A stretch of DNA of 64,000 bases, taken from the NCBI RefSeq assembly GCF_006345805.1, contig NC_043001.1:126046001-126110000 (forward strand), given 5' to 3'. The stretch comes from Octopus sinensis (Eukaryota). Shown here one piece after another: positions 27,291-40,375 of the stretch; position 1 is the first letter of the stretch; every line of letters begins with the position of its first letter. The notes under the pieces are model-generated. The model was not told the DNA's origin, did not search any database, and was given only the letters and a program-made list of their open reading frames with translations. A program made the translations under genes and the position numbers.

Positions 27291-27341
27291 GCCGCTACAA
27301 CTACTACTACTACTACTACTACTACTGCTGCTGCCGCTACA

Positions 27342-27373
<32 letters not shown>

Positions 27374-27527
27374 TACTGCTGCTGCTGCTGCTGCTACTAC
27401 TACTACTACTACTACTACCACTACCACCACCACTACTACTGCTGCTGCTACTACTACTACTACTACCACTGCTGCTACTACTACTACTATTACCACCGCC
27501 ACTGCTGCTGCTACTACGACTACTACA

Positions 27528-27570
<43 letters not shown>

Positions 27571-27612
27571 TACTACTACTACTAATACTACTATTGCTAC
27601 TACTACTACTAT
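27190..27612. repeat. Long compound (CAC/CAA/CTA/CTG)n trinucleotide tract just upstream of exon 2
   Basis: About 420 bp of trinucleotide repeats; source of spurious poly-T/L/V ORFs. Confidence 0.95.
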
Positions 27613-27697
27613 GAATATTTTCCTTACCATCACCAACACCACTTTATCACAGCCACCATTATTCTTTCTTACCCTTATCACTTCATTTCCTCTTCAG

Positions 27698-27918
27698 ATG
27701 ATCTACCTGACAAGCTGAAATCTGCAGTCACTGAGGACAGAAACCGTGATCTGAATATAATGCAGGTGTCATTAGATCTTCTCTCAGAGAATCTCAAAAA
27801 ATATTTTGAAAATGCCTTACAACAACTTTGGCCCTTTATGCCACCAACCATTGTACCAGACATGATGTTTGAAAAGAACCCTTTCATCCCCAAACTGTGC
27901 CAAGCAGACCTTTTGTTG
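27698..27918 (+). CDS. ALPK1: ALPK1-like exon 2, start of N-terminal ADP-heptose-binding domain (...DLLSENLKKYFENALQQLWPFMPP...LLL)
   Basis: Acceptor cttcatttcctcttcag, donor ttg|gtgagt (phase 0). LSENLKKYFENALQQLWPFMP resembles human [21 protein letters not shown]. Confidence 0.85.
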
Positions 27919-28139
27919 GTGAGTCTGTCAGTGGTTTCTATAAGTTATTCTTCATTATTTACCATTTATTAAGACAATAAAGTAGCAGAATCATTAGCAC
28001 GCGTGGTAAAATGCTTGGCAGCATTTTGGGGTGTCGATAAAATAAGCACACTGGGGTCAATGTAAATGATTTATCCCCTGCCCTGAACTTGCTGGCCTTG
28101 TGCCAAAATTTGAAATCATCATCATCATTATTATTATCG

Positions 28140-28215
<76 letters not shown>

Positions 28216-29784
28216 ATTATTATTGTCCAACCCATGCTAGCATGGAAAGCGGACGCTAAATGATGATGATGATGATTATTATTATTATTATTATTATTAT
28301 GTGAGAGAGCAGTGCATGCCATCAAAGTGACACTGTATCCCTGTGGATTTCAAATCTATCCTTAGTGTTGTGAAACACATCTTGAAGCATTTCAGGGGTT
28401 GTCTCCTCCATTGCTAACTGAATGCGTTCTTTAAGTTCAGCTAAACAATAACTCCATCCTTGGATGAAGGTAGAGAAAATAATTGCAGCCAAATTGAAAA
28501 AAAAGCTGTCGTGGACTGATAAACAGGATCCAACTAGAATGAAAATAAAATTATAAAAAAAAATAAATAAAAATTATAAAATTATAAACAAAATAAGAAA
28601 TTTATGCACTTTTGACATGTATTAAACATCATCACCATCATCATCATCGTTTAAAGTCCGCTTTCCATGCTAGCATGGGTTGGACGATTTGACTGAGGAC
28701 TGGCGAACCAGGCTCCAATCTTGATTTGGCAGAGCTTCTACAGCTGGATGCCCTTCCTAACGCCAACCACTCCGAGAGTGTAGTGGGTGCTTTTATGTGC
28801 CACCGGCACAAGTGCCAGTCAGGAGGTACTGGCAACAGCCACGGAAAAATCGTGTTTTGTTTTTTTATGATAAACATAAATAAAAGTGAGATTTTTTAAA
28901 AAATAGTCCAATTTCACTGAAATAAATAGTTAATTCTGGTACACCCTGTATATTAAGTAGAACATTCTGAGGAAACTAATGGAGACCTATCTAAAACATC
29001 AGACTTTACCTCTTCTCAGGATTATGTTAAGGATAAATAAGTTTGTGGAATACTCTCTTTTACTCTTTTACTTGTTTCAGTCATTTGACTGCAGCCATGC
29101 TGGAGCACCGCCTTTAATCGAGCAACTCGACCCCGGGACTTATTCTTTTGTAAGCCCAGTACTTATTCTATCGGTCTCTTTTGCCGAACCGCTAAGTGAC
29201 GTGGACATAAACACACCAGCATCGGTTGTCAAGCAATGCTAGGGGGACAAACACAGACACACAAACACACACACGCATATATATATATATATATATACAT
29301 ATACACGACGGGCTTCTTTCAGTTTCCGTCTACCAAATCCGCTCACAAGGCTTTGGTCGGCCCGAGGCTCTAGTAGAAGACACTTGCCCAAGATGCCACG
29401 CAGTGGGACTGAACCCGTAACCATGTTGTTGGTAAACAAGCTACTTACCACACAGCCACTCCTGCGCCTACATAGTCACAAATTAATTAATTTGTTACTT
29501 AACTAGCTTGATTGGTTGAACATTTAAATTAATGTATACCTGTATTCACATGCTTGCACACACGTGCATATCTCACAAAAGCAAATATCATACTGTAACG
29601 ATATCTTTAAACGAGGGTTGAAGTCATAAATATTTATTTCTTACCTGGGGCTTTCAGCTATTTTACGCTATTGGATTGTGCAGTATTGGGGGACAAGAAT
29701 TGGGCCTTTTTGTTTTGTCTACAATTAAATGTCATTTTCCTATTTATTTTATTTTTTGTTTTTTCATTCAAACCAATTAACCAG

Positions 29785-30034
29785 ACTGCTTTGAATTATG
29801 CAATTGAATGCGGAGAGTTCCACTATGCTTCAGCCCTTGCATTTGTGGTCGATCGATTCATGTACTGGTATGGTGGTTCTAAGGTGTTGTTGAATATTAT
29901 TGATCACATATTGGTACTGAGTCCCTCAACAGTCATTGCTCCACAGTTAACCATCCGGCGTGCACGTATCATGAAGGATAATGGTAATCTCCATGGTGCC
30001 ATAGAAGTCCTTGATAGCCTTATTGATTCGAAAG
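29785..30034 (+). CDS. ALPK1: ALPK1-like exon 3 (TALNYAIECG...FVVDRFMYW...PSTVIAPQLTIRRARIMKDNG...DSKG)
   Basis: ccag|act acceptor (phase 0), aaag|gtaatg donor (phase 1). Close match to human FLVDRFLYG...[21 protein letters not shown]. Confidence 0.93.
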
Positions 30035-31769
30035 GTAATGTGTAAGCTGTATTATTTTTTTTATTATTTAACTTATTTCAGTGATTAGATTGTGGCCATG
30101 CTGGAGCACTACCTTGAAGAATTTTAGTTTAATTAATTAATTCCAGTGCTTCTATTTTTTTTTAAGCCTGGGACTTATTATATTGTTTTTTTTTTTTTGC
30201 TAAACTGCTAAGTTATAGGGATGTAAACACACCAATACCAGTTGTTAAGTGGTGGTGGTGAAACAAACACACACATGAATGACAGGCTTCTTTCAGTTTC
30301 TGTTTACCAAGTCTGCTCACAAGTCTTTGGTCAGCCCAAGGCTATAGTAGGAGACACTTGCCCAAGGTGCCACACAGTGGGACTGAACCCAGAACCCTGT
30401 GGTTGGGAAGCGAGTTTCTAACCACACAATCACACCTGTGCCTTCTAACCACACAGTCATGTCTTTTTTTTTTTATTAACACAGTAGTGTGATATTTGAG
30501 CAATATTTGGCTGCTATTTTTAACAGGTTGAATGACCACATAGAACCTCTTCCACACTGCACTGACTCATTAAGATTGTTGTTGAAGTTGTTAATAGGTG
30601 ATTTTTTATTATCTATAAATATTGTACCAGTATGTTACTGAGTTTAATCCATGTTTGGATATGGAGTTGCTTTGTAGAGTTTGTGAATGTTAGACAACAG
30701 TCATGAACTGTCATCCCTTGCAATGAACTGTGTTCTTCACAAGGAAGCTTGCTGTTATGTACTCATAAATACTATGCAGCAACCAGGATCTTTCTACCCT
30801 ACTCAAAATTGGAAATGATGTCATGAAAACCTGAATCCTATGATAGTATGTCCAGACAATAGCTATAACAAGTACTTTAAGGCTATTTCCCCTGCTAAAG
30901 CGAAAGTTAACCTTGCTTGTCCTTTGATGGTCTTCTGTTGCCTTATCTTCTGTATCCACGCATCACCTTCACTTTCATCTTTATTTCCTTCTCTATCATT
31001 AGCTTGAAACTTCCATGGTTGTTTCTCCATTTCTGGCCCTACTATCTCACTATCCATCTTGCCTTTTTACACAAAGCCCACAATGTAAACACATTGCAAA
31101 TTTGATATTGTTCTCATTCCTTTTTCTTTTCTTTCTCCTCTTAATCATTTTACTTATATTTGACTAAGGATATGACCTGAAATGTCAAATTCTCTTCTGT
31201 TTCTTTTTATTTGCTATATATATATTTCCAATCAAACATTTTTGATTGTTATTGTTTCATTTAATTTTCAATACTTTTTCCACTTTTTCAACTATGTTTT
31301 ACTTGTATATTTATCTCCACCTTACAATCTAATCTTTGTTTTACTTTTGTATTTTTAATCTATTATATATATTTCTATTTCTATACACGTCTGTATGAGT
31401 GTGTGAAGTGTATCTGTCAGTGTATCTGTGTGTGTTTTTCTCTCTATATATATGTGTATGTCATCAGCATTCATCAGTGTTCCATGTTGCTAAGAGTTGG
31501 ACAGGTTTTCTGAGGCAAAATTTTATGGATGGGTTTCCTTTCCGTTGTCAACCTTTTTAATCACCTCTTAACAATACAGTTATGCACCTTTTCTACCACC
31601 AAGATTCACCTGGAACTATGCTCATCTACCAATGTGAGTATATGTCTGTGTGTGTTTATAAATGTGAGTATATAAACACATGTGTATATGTATATAATAT
31701 TTTATGTATTGCGTGTATGTATGATGTATTTTCATATATATAAAAACAAGTATTTCTTTTCCAACCCAG

Positions 31770-31871
31770 CTCTCAGTGAAGATGGCCAGTGGCACTACAG
31801 AACTGAGTTTCAGTATATGAATGTTTATGCAGTCTGTGTGCAAATCAAAGGACAGATTTATCGCAACTTAG
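31770..31871 (+). CDS. ALPK1: ALPK1-like exon 4 (ALSEDGQWHYRTEFQYMNVYAVCVQIKGQIYRNL)
   Basis: ttttccaacccag acceptor, ttag|gtaatg donor, phase 1/1. Matches human GTWLYRNE...VCIQIRGQILQKLG. Confidence 0.92.
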
Positions 31872-31892
31872 GTAATGAAGCATATATTTATG

Positions 31893-31944
<52 letters not shown>

Positions 31945-32589
31945 CCTCATATATATATATATAAGAGTGTGAGGAACTTGCACAAAGTAGATGTAGGGTT
32001 TTTTAAATCAAAGCTGGACCTCTTCCTGTCATGAGTCCCCGATGAACCTACCTCACGGCAAGAGGTGCAAATGAGGGTAGCTATATCAAACTCCATGCTT
32101 CACCAAGTGCCACATATTAGAGGAGGCTCTTAGTAATAACAGTGTAGCAAAACGGCGGTGCATCAGCATGGCCACAGCTCTGAGCTGAAACTAGAGAAAA
32201 AAAAAATATATATATATATATATATAGTTAATCCAAACATGAAAACACAAAAAAACACAACAACGCGAGGACGTGGAACAAATATAGTATTATTGGACGC
32301 TCAGGAAGGAAAGGAAGGAGGAGGGTTTAACGTTTCGAGCAGAGCTCTTCGACAGAAACATAGGAGAAGGAAAGATCCAGAGAAGGGAAGACAGAGGAAA
32401 AAAAATCGACAACGGTACACACGCGGTCACAAAGATTCTTTGTTCCAAATCCTAACAATTGTTTTGATAAATTCTCGCACCAGTTGTTCATAGGTGAGAT
32501 GTTGTGCAGTGATTATCCTAAATCCCAAGTGTAGAATACACCTCCTCAGTTTACTGTTTAAACAAATTCTTCGCTATATGCTCTTGCCA

Positions 32590-32960
32590 TTTCACTTAGT
32601 TTAATAATGTATACCTAGGTTGGTGTGTCATTCTAGCTGTTCACAGACAGAACCAAAAGCATAGATTCAGTGAGAGACAAGATGCACTGGAGTCTGGCTG
32701 ACTGCTATCAGTTTGCGCCAGTCGCTGTCAAGATGTCAGGTGTTCTAGGACCCTATACTACCGATTTCCTCTGCAAAATAGGAACAGTGGTGGCCGGTCA
32801 GAAAAATGGGGCCCGTGAGATGGAGTGGTTACTGCAGCGAGTGTTGCTGGCCATTCTCTGTGGTAACACCGTCGCAGTCATTACCATAGAGCATGGTTGA
32901 GCATCTCACTTGTTCTGGGATATGTGGCCCATCACTCCTCCCCCTCTATCTTCCACTGCT
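32590..32960 (+). mobile_element. Decayed C-terminus of an RLE-type (R2-superfamily, HERO/NeSL-like) LINE
   Basis: FAPVAVKMSGVLGP...WLLQRVLLAILCGN resembles the FVPxAVETxGxWG...QRISIAIQRGN endonuclease motif. Confidence 0.55.
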
Positions 32961-33594
32961 TTTCTCTCAAATTTTTTTCTCTTTTCTTTTTTTCATCTTT
33001 TAAAAGTGTTTACTCTTTTACTCTTTTACTTGTTTCAGTCATTTGACTGCGACCATGCTGGAGCACCGCCTTTAATCGAGCAAATCGACCTCGGGACTTA
33101 TTCTTTGTAAGCCCAGTACTTATTCTATCGGTCTCTTTTGCCGAACCGCTAAGTGACGGGGACATAAACACACCAGCATTGGTTGTCAAGCAATGCTAGG
33201 GGGACAAATACAGACACACAAACATACACACGCATATATATATATACATATATACGACAGGCTTCTTTCAGTTTCCATCTACCAAATCCACTCACAAGGC
33301 ATTGGTCGGCCCGGGGCTATAGCAGAAGACACTTGCCCTAGATGCCACACAGTGGGACTGAACCCGGAACCATGTGGTTGGTTAGCAAGCTACTTACCAC
33401 ACAGCCACTCCTGCGCCTATTTGGCCTGTTTATTTGTAAATAAAGTGATTCCTTTTCTGTTAGTATAAATACATAGATGAAAAATAGACAAATGAAATTA
33501 ACATAAAGATATAAATGACAATACAAAAAATACTAAAAGGGCTTGTTTGGCTATAAACTTCTAACTAGTGGAAGTCTGGTTTAAGCACTCCATA

Positions 33595-34292
33595 TGACCC
33601 CTCATAACTTATTATTTTTGCATTTTCAGAAAATAATTGCAAACTTGTGTTCTACACATGAGAATTCATATGATTATGAAGAAACCAAAAAAAAATAAAA
33701 AATTGTGATATATGGGCTACTGAGCTGTTAATTTTAGCGCATCTAAGGCGGCGAGCTGGCAGAAACGTTAGCACGCTGGGCGAAATGCTCAGCAGTATTT
33801 CGTCTGTCGTTACGTTTTGGGTTCAAACACCGCCGAGGTCGACTTTGCCTTTCATCCTTTCGGGGTCGATAAATAAAGTACCAGTTACGCACTGGGGTCG
33901 ATGTAGTTGACTTAATCCCTTTGTCTGTCTTTGTTTGTCCCCTCTATGTTTAGCCCCTTGTGGGCAATAAAGAAATATATTTTTAGCGCATCTCTCAACC
34001 ACCTACCTTCCTCGTTGCTTTGTCACTCTGTCATGTATTGATGTTTTCCAGTATTTTTCTCCTCACAAACACATTTAATGGTCCATTGCTGGGATTTAAG
34101 CCAAAATTTTGGAATGTCTGTATTTTAAACTTTGATTAAAAAAAAATTTGTAAAACTGAAAAAAATTTTTAATTCAAGAAAATTTAAAAAAAACTTTTTT
34201 TCATAATCATATGAATTCCTGTGTGTAGAAGACAAATTTGCAAAAATTTTCTGAAAATTCCAAAATATGAAAGAAGTTATGTGGGGTGTTAT
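33595..34292. mobile_element. Decayed TIR element with SINE-A inside
   Basis: cccctcataactt...gaattcatatgattatga matches tcataatcatatgaattc...aagttatgtgggg. Confidence 0.55.
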
Positions 34293-34687
34293 ATGGGGTG
34301 ATTAATCTTTTTGATACTGACCCACCTGAGACTGCTCTAGGTTCTGTGACATAGACTTACTGTTTTAAAGTGGTCTAAGTCATAATCTTCCATCAAAATT
34401 TTATGCTAATATGAATCAGGCCCCCAATTTTATAATGAGAAAGTTATTTTACTAAATTCCTCATTTTGAGAATTAATTGAAACAAAAGCAGTTCATGTTG
34501 ACAGAAATATAGTAACAAAAGAGTTAAACCAGAATTCTGCCTTCTATTCTACATAAATCAGAAGAAATAATTAATAAAAAAGTGGGGTGGGTTAGCATAT
34601 ATTAGTTTATTGTTTCTTATTGTTTCTATGAAATATATTAAAACCAGGCAGTAATAAATTAACTCTAAAGACTCCTCCTTGTCTTAA

Positions 34688-35308
34688 CCCTTTCGTTACC
34701 GTATTTATTTTGGGATACTCTTTACTCCTTTACTTGTTTCAGTCATTTGACAGCGGCTATGCTGGAGCACCGCCTTTAATTGAGCAACTCGACCCTGGGA
34801 CGTATTCTTTTGTAAGCCCAGTACTTATTCTATTGGTCTCTTTTGCTGAACTGCTAAGTAACGGGGGCATAAACACACCAGTATCGGTTGTCAAGCAATG
34901 CTAGGGGGACAAACACACACAAACATATATATATATATATACATATATACGACGGGCTTCTTTCAGTTTCCGTCTACCAGATCCACTCACAAGGCATTGG
35001 TCGGCCCGAGGCTATAGTAGAAGACACTTGCCCAAGGTGCCATGCAGTGGGACTGAACCCAGAACCATGTGGCTGGTAAACAAGCTACTTACCACACAGC
35101 CACTCCTGCGCCTATGTTCAGTGTTTCTTTCAATGAATTTTAAATATAACGAAGAATTTAGTAAGATAACTTGGTTATCATTCAGCCAGTGTTAGGAACA
35201 TAAATTGTAACTAAGGTTTGGTGGAAGATTTGAATTGAATACTTATGAAAACAAAACATTTGTACTACAGAGCCAGAGACGGTTTCGGTTGGGTTGGTAA
35301 TGAAAGGG
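34688..35308. mobile_element. piggyBac-type MITE family 2 (TTAA|CCCTTTCGTTACC...GGTAATGAAAGGG|TTAA) with SINE-B insertion
   Basis: TTAA on both sides. Relatives at 2668-2890, 25836-26055 and about 34320-34527. Confidence 0.85.
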
Positions 35309-35729
35309 TTAAGGTTGAGCAGCCAGTTTGTTGGGTTGGTGGGTAGAAGAATGGGTATTTGGGTCCATAAAGGTGACAAGGAAACAGTTGTGCTGAAATG
35401 GCCAATCACAACCTTCTTATCACTTGATTATCTTTCAAGATTTTTTTTCCATTTGTTTCTTTATTTTCTTATTTTCTTATTTTCTAGTCTGTCCAATTCT
35501 TTCCTCTTTATAATCTGACAGACAGACTTTGTTGAAACAGAATTTTTTCTGGCTAGATGCCTTTCTTGTTACTAACATGAAGACACTAACATATACACAC
35601 TTATGTATACACACGCACACACACACACTCACACTCATATAGAAACACACAGATATGCATACAAACATATATATGTATATATACATACATTCAAAGGCAC
35701 ACATACACAGATATACATACTTATATATG

Positions 35730-35764
<35 letters not shown>

Positions 35765-36177
35765 ATGTGTGTGTGTGTGTGCACAAATTCATACAAACAT
35801 ACGCAACACACTCACATTGAAATACATGCATTCACACACACACACACACACACATATATGGCAGAATCATTAGCACGCTGGGCGAAATGCAAAGCCGTAT
35901 TTCGTCTGCCGTTACGTTCTGAGTTCAAATTCCGCCGAGGTCAACTTTGCCTTTCATCATTTTCGGGGTCGATAAATTAAGTACCAGTTACGATATAATC
36001 GACTTAATCCGTTTGTCTGTCCTTGTTTGTCTCCTCTATGTTTAGCCCCTTGTGGGTAGTAAAGAAATATATACATACATATATGTGACTATATATATGT
36101 GTGTATGTATGTATATATATATGTACACAAATACACACACACACACACATAATCCATGACTTGTATTATAATTTTAG

Positions 36178-36437
36178 GTTTGTGGAAAGAAGCTGTTCCT
36201 CTCTTGTTGAAATCTGTTGAAGAATTTGAGAAACTCCCTGATAAGGACTTGAAAGGCATATCATACTCTTATGGTTTGCTCTCTCATTGTTTGTGTAAGC
36301 TCAGCCATAAGGAGTATTTGGAACTTCAGAACATTTATGTATTTCAGAGAGACCATCCTTGCTATGAGGCATTTGAATATGGCATGAAAGCAGCTGAATT
36401 ATCACCAAAACAGAGTTTGTTTTTTGCAAGACATTGT
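36178..36437 (+). CDS. ALPK1: ALPK1-like exon 5 (GLWKEAVPLLLKS...LPDKDLKGISYSYGLL...QSLFFARHC)
   Basis: attttag|gt acceptor; tgt|gtaaat donor chosen for phase-0 compatibility. Matches human MWYEAAELIWAS...LPQPDKKGLSTSLGIL...TPLF. Confidence 0.9.
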
Positions 36438-36896
36438 GTAAATATATATCTAATCTTCTTTCTCACACATTTTTTGTTGGCTGGCCACATTATTTTATTT
36501 GCTTATTGTTGTATTGTTACATTTTAGCTGAGAAGGATTTTGGAAGTTTGCATTAGACCCTTGTAAGGTGTTAGACTAATTTTCTTTTACAACTCAATGG
36601 TTCAGTTCATTTGAAATTTTGTATGATGTTAATCACAAGGTCCAAGTCCAAATTTACTGCAGATTTTTTATTGGATTATCTGTTAAGATAATCTCTTATC
36701 ATCTCACAACAATCCATTGGATTGTTTCGTAATTCTGGTATCATTTTGAACCCTTTAGTATTCAGTTTACTCTCTCAATTATAATGATTTGAACTTATCA
36801 TGCATTATCTCCTTGCTTTGAGATTTCAATGATATGGTTGTTTATTTTTAGAATGACATTGTAAGTTAAGTGAAAGAACCTGGATCTGGTCAGATA

Positions 36897-36965
36897 GAAT
36901 ATTTAAGCTGGGTAAGGCTGATTTAAATGCTAAAGTATTAAATCAGCCTTACCCAGCTTAAATAT
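36897..36965. repeat. Perfect 29-bp hairpin at a MITE end
   Basis: aatatttaagctgggtaaggctgatttaa-atgctaaagta-ttaaatcagccttacccagcttaaatatt. Confidence 0.9.
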
Positions 36966-37034
36966 TACTGAGATATATATTTGTAGTTGTAGTTGTCCTC
37001 TCATATTCATAGCAATGTCTTTCCTATATTTCAG

Positions 37035-37252
37035 CTCCAGTCAAGTGAAAGTCTGTTGATGTATGCAGTTCAGGTAACTGATTTGACTCAGCGGAAGAAA
37101 ATATTGGCTGATGTTATTCTGTATCTGCAAAAAGTTATTTTTGCAAACAACATTGCAGAAATTTCAAAGAGTAAGGAGCAATTGTTCATCTTTATAAAAG
37201 GAATTTATGTGATGGTTCTTGTCCTTGGCTGCTCCAATACATCTGCAGATCA
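37035..37252 (+). CDS. ALPK1: ALPK1-like exon 6 (LQSSESLLMYAVQ...SKSKEQLFIFIKGIY...SAD)
   Basis: ttcctatatttcag acceptor (phase 0), ca|gtaagt donor (phase 2). SKEQLFIFIKG resembles human GKQELHSFVKA. Confidence 0.85.
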
Positions 37253-38299
37253 GTAAGTAAAATGTATATGTTATTATTTCATTTATTAGGTAGCAGGGAA
37301 TTCCGTGCCAATCCGATCATGCACCAATCCGATCATGGCCGTTGCCAGCCTCGCCTGGCACCTGTGCAGGTGGCACGAAAAAAGCACCCACTACACTCAC
37401 GGAGTGGTTGGCGTTAGGAAGGGCATCCAGTTGTAGAAACACTGCCAGATCAGACTGGAGCCTGGTGCAGCCTTCTGACTTCCCAGATCCCCGGTCAAAC
37501 CGTCCAACCCATGCTAGCATGGAGAACGGACGTTAAACGATGATGATGAGTAGATGGAACTTATGGAAAAGGGAGACCTAAGAAGACATGGGATGAAGTA
37601 CTGACACTGAACCTTTCAGATGAGATGACAAAGGACTGAAATACTTGGCACCTTGATGCACTCAAAAGCACCTGTCCTCCACAGCAGTAATGTTAAGGCC
37701 ACTCCTCCTGGTCAAGAGAATTAGGAATAGTCCTGTGCCAGTGTCACACAAAAAGCACTCATGCCTGAACAGTTTGACCAGAGCTGGCAAGCCAGAAAGT
37801 TGCACCAAGTTCCAGTCTAATTTGGCCTGGTTTCTACAGCCGGATGCCCTTCCTAATGCCAACCACTTTACAGTGTGCACTGGGTGCTTTTAGCATGGCT
37901 CCAATATGAGCACTATCATGTGGTACTGACACAAGTGCATTTTATATGGCACTGGCTCAGGACTTGCAGGCCAATCCTCTTCAACAAGGAATGCAGTCTT
38001 AACACTTCTGCGGTAGGGAATGAGTTTTCTTGAGTACAGCAAGGCACCAGGTATCCCAAATTATAATTCTACTTGTGTGTTTGTTAGTAATTTAGCACAT
38101 GTGTTATGCTCTTCCAATTTGGCACTGCTCTTTCCTGAATCAAGTTATTATGGGATTTAGAGGTAAAAGCATATCAATCCAGAACATATAGAGAACTATT
38201 TAAAGACCTCCTTCGGTCATGAATAACCATAGGATTTTACCTAGAAAGTTCCTCTCTTGGGTACAAATCCGGGCAAGGTTGTTTTGTGAAAGACTAGCA

Positions 38300-39415
38300 G
38301 TTGCCCATGCTTACCAGTACTTTATTTTATCAACCCCAGAGGAATGAAAGACAAAGTTGACTTTAGCAGGAATTGAACTCAGAACATAAAGACTTGGAAA
38401 AAATACCACAAGGCATTTTTTTAATTGTTTAACAACAACAACAACGATAATGATTTCAAATTTTGGCACAAGGCCAGAGATTTTGGGGTAGGGGTTAAGT
38501 CAATTACATTGACCCTGTGTTCAACTGATACCTATTTTATTGACCCCGAAATGATGAAAGGTAAAGTTGACCTTGGTAGAATTTGGATACAGAATGTAAG
38601 AAAGATGAAATGTTGCTAAGCATTTTGCCTGACATGCTAATGATTCTGCCAGCTTGGTGGAATTTGAACTCAGAACATAGTGTGCTAGTGATTCTGCCAG
38701 CTTGCCGCCTTAATAATAATAATAATAATAATAATAACCCTTTCTACTATAGGTACAGGGCCTGAAGCTTGTGGGGATGGGGTTGTTGATTGCATCGACC
38801 CCAGTGCTCAACTGGTACTTGATTCATTGATCCCAAAAGGATGAAACGCAAAGTTGACCTCAGTGGAATTTAAACTCAGAATGTAACAGCAGATGAAATA
38901 CTGCTCAGCATTTTGCCTGGCATGCTAACAATTCTGCCAGCTCTCCACCTCAATAATAATCCTTTCTACTATAGGCACAAGGCCTGGAATTTGAAGGGAA
39001 GGGTGATGGTTGATCATATAGACCCCCAAGTACTTGACTGGCATGTAATTTATCAGCCCCAAAAGGATGAAAGGCAAAGTCAACCTCGGCAGAACTTAGA
39101 ACATAGTGATGGGTGTGATACTGGCTAAGCATTTCATCCAGTATGCTAACAATTCTGCTAGCTTGTTGCCTTAATAATGATAAGGACAATAATAATAATA
39201 ATCTTTTCTACTGGAGGTACAAGGCTTCAGATTTGTGGGGAGGGAACTATCGATTACATCGACCTCAGTGTTCAACTGGTATTTTGACCGTGAAAGGATG
39301 AAAGGCAAAGTCGACCTCAGTGGAATTTGAACTCAGAGCGATGGGTGAAATACTGCTAAGCATTTTGTCCAGTGTGCTAACAATTATGCCAGCTCACCGC
39401 CTTAACAACAACAAC
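38300..39415 (-). mobile_element. Cluster of about five decayed SINE-A variants with an alternative 3' tail, separated by (TAA)n
   Basis: Repeated blocks ccttttctactataggcacaaggcctg...ttgacctc...gaatttgaactcag...tctgccagct...ccgcctt-aataataat. Confidence 0.75.
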
Positions 39416-39440
39416 AACAATAATAATGATAATAATAATA

Positions 39441-39476
<36 letters not shown>

Positions 39477-39489
39477 TAATAATAATAAT

Positions 39490-39950
39490 ACTCTGGGATA
39501 TGTCAATACACACAGATAGGGAAATTAAGGCCAACAGACCAGATATAGTTGTCAGAGACCATGAAGAAAAAAAATGCTTTCTAATTGATGTATCAATACC
39601 AGCGGATGACAACGTGTCTCTAAAAGAAATGGAGAAACTTTCAAAATACAAAGACCTGGAAATACAGGTAACCAGAATGTGGAATCTAAAAGCAGAAACA
39701 ATTCCTATCATAATAGGTGCATTAGGCATGATAAAAAAATATTCAGACAAATACATAACAAAAACACCAGGACTTACAAACACATATAAACATATAGAAA
39801 ATTGCACTACTAGGCACTGCACACATCCTATGCAGAACACTTTCCATACAATAACCATCAAAGCATCACAACAAATCACAGCACATACCCAAGGCACACA
39901 GAGCTCTGCTCGGTAGTGAAGTGAAAGCATGCTATAAAAAATATGCTACT
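39490..39950 (+). mobile_element. R4/Dong-clade 3' fragment, second copy
   Basis: WDMSIHTDREIKANRPDIVVRDHEEKKCFLIDV..., near-identical to the 45457-45910 copy; embedded in (TAA)n. Confidence 0.9.
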
Positions 39951-40375
39951 GTATCATAATAACAATAATAATACTAATAATAATGGTTTCTGATTTAGGC
40001 ACAAGGTTCAAAAACAAGCTTTGATTGACGTAATCACCCCAGATTGGCATTTTATTTTATCATCCACGATTGGATTTGAAGCTAAATAATAATTAAACAT
40101 TCCCAGGTTTGCGATCGATCAAGTTGACAATCTAATACAGGTTAAGCAATAAACATGAATTAAGTATCAATCTCAGACAAACCTATAGCAAAAATTAATG
40201 GCAAATAAAAACAAAAAGTAAAAGGAAAATGTCAAGGGAAATAACTAAAAATTTTAATTGTAGCGTTTTTTCCCTTGAAATTTAGCCGTAAATAAATATG
40301 TGATTATTAGAGTAAGAACAGGATGAAAGAAATTCAGTGGCTGTGCAATGCCACGTAAAAGTGGCTATGGAATTC

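Noticed and set aside
26819-27614. Long poly-Thr, poly-Leu and His-rich ORFs resembling a mucin
   Set aside because: They are translations of a (CTA/CAC)n microsatellite inside intron 1, open in several frames and on both strands, with no splice support.
30700-31105. Short ORFs in intron 3 possibly from a retroelement
   Set aside because: No diagnostic RT, integrase or endonuclease motif was recognised.
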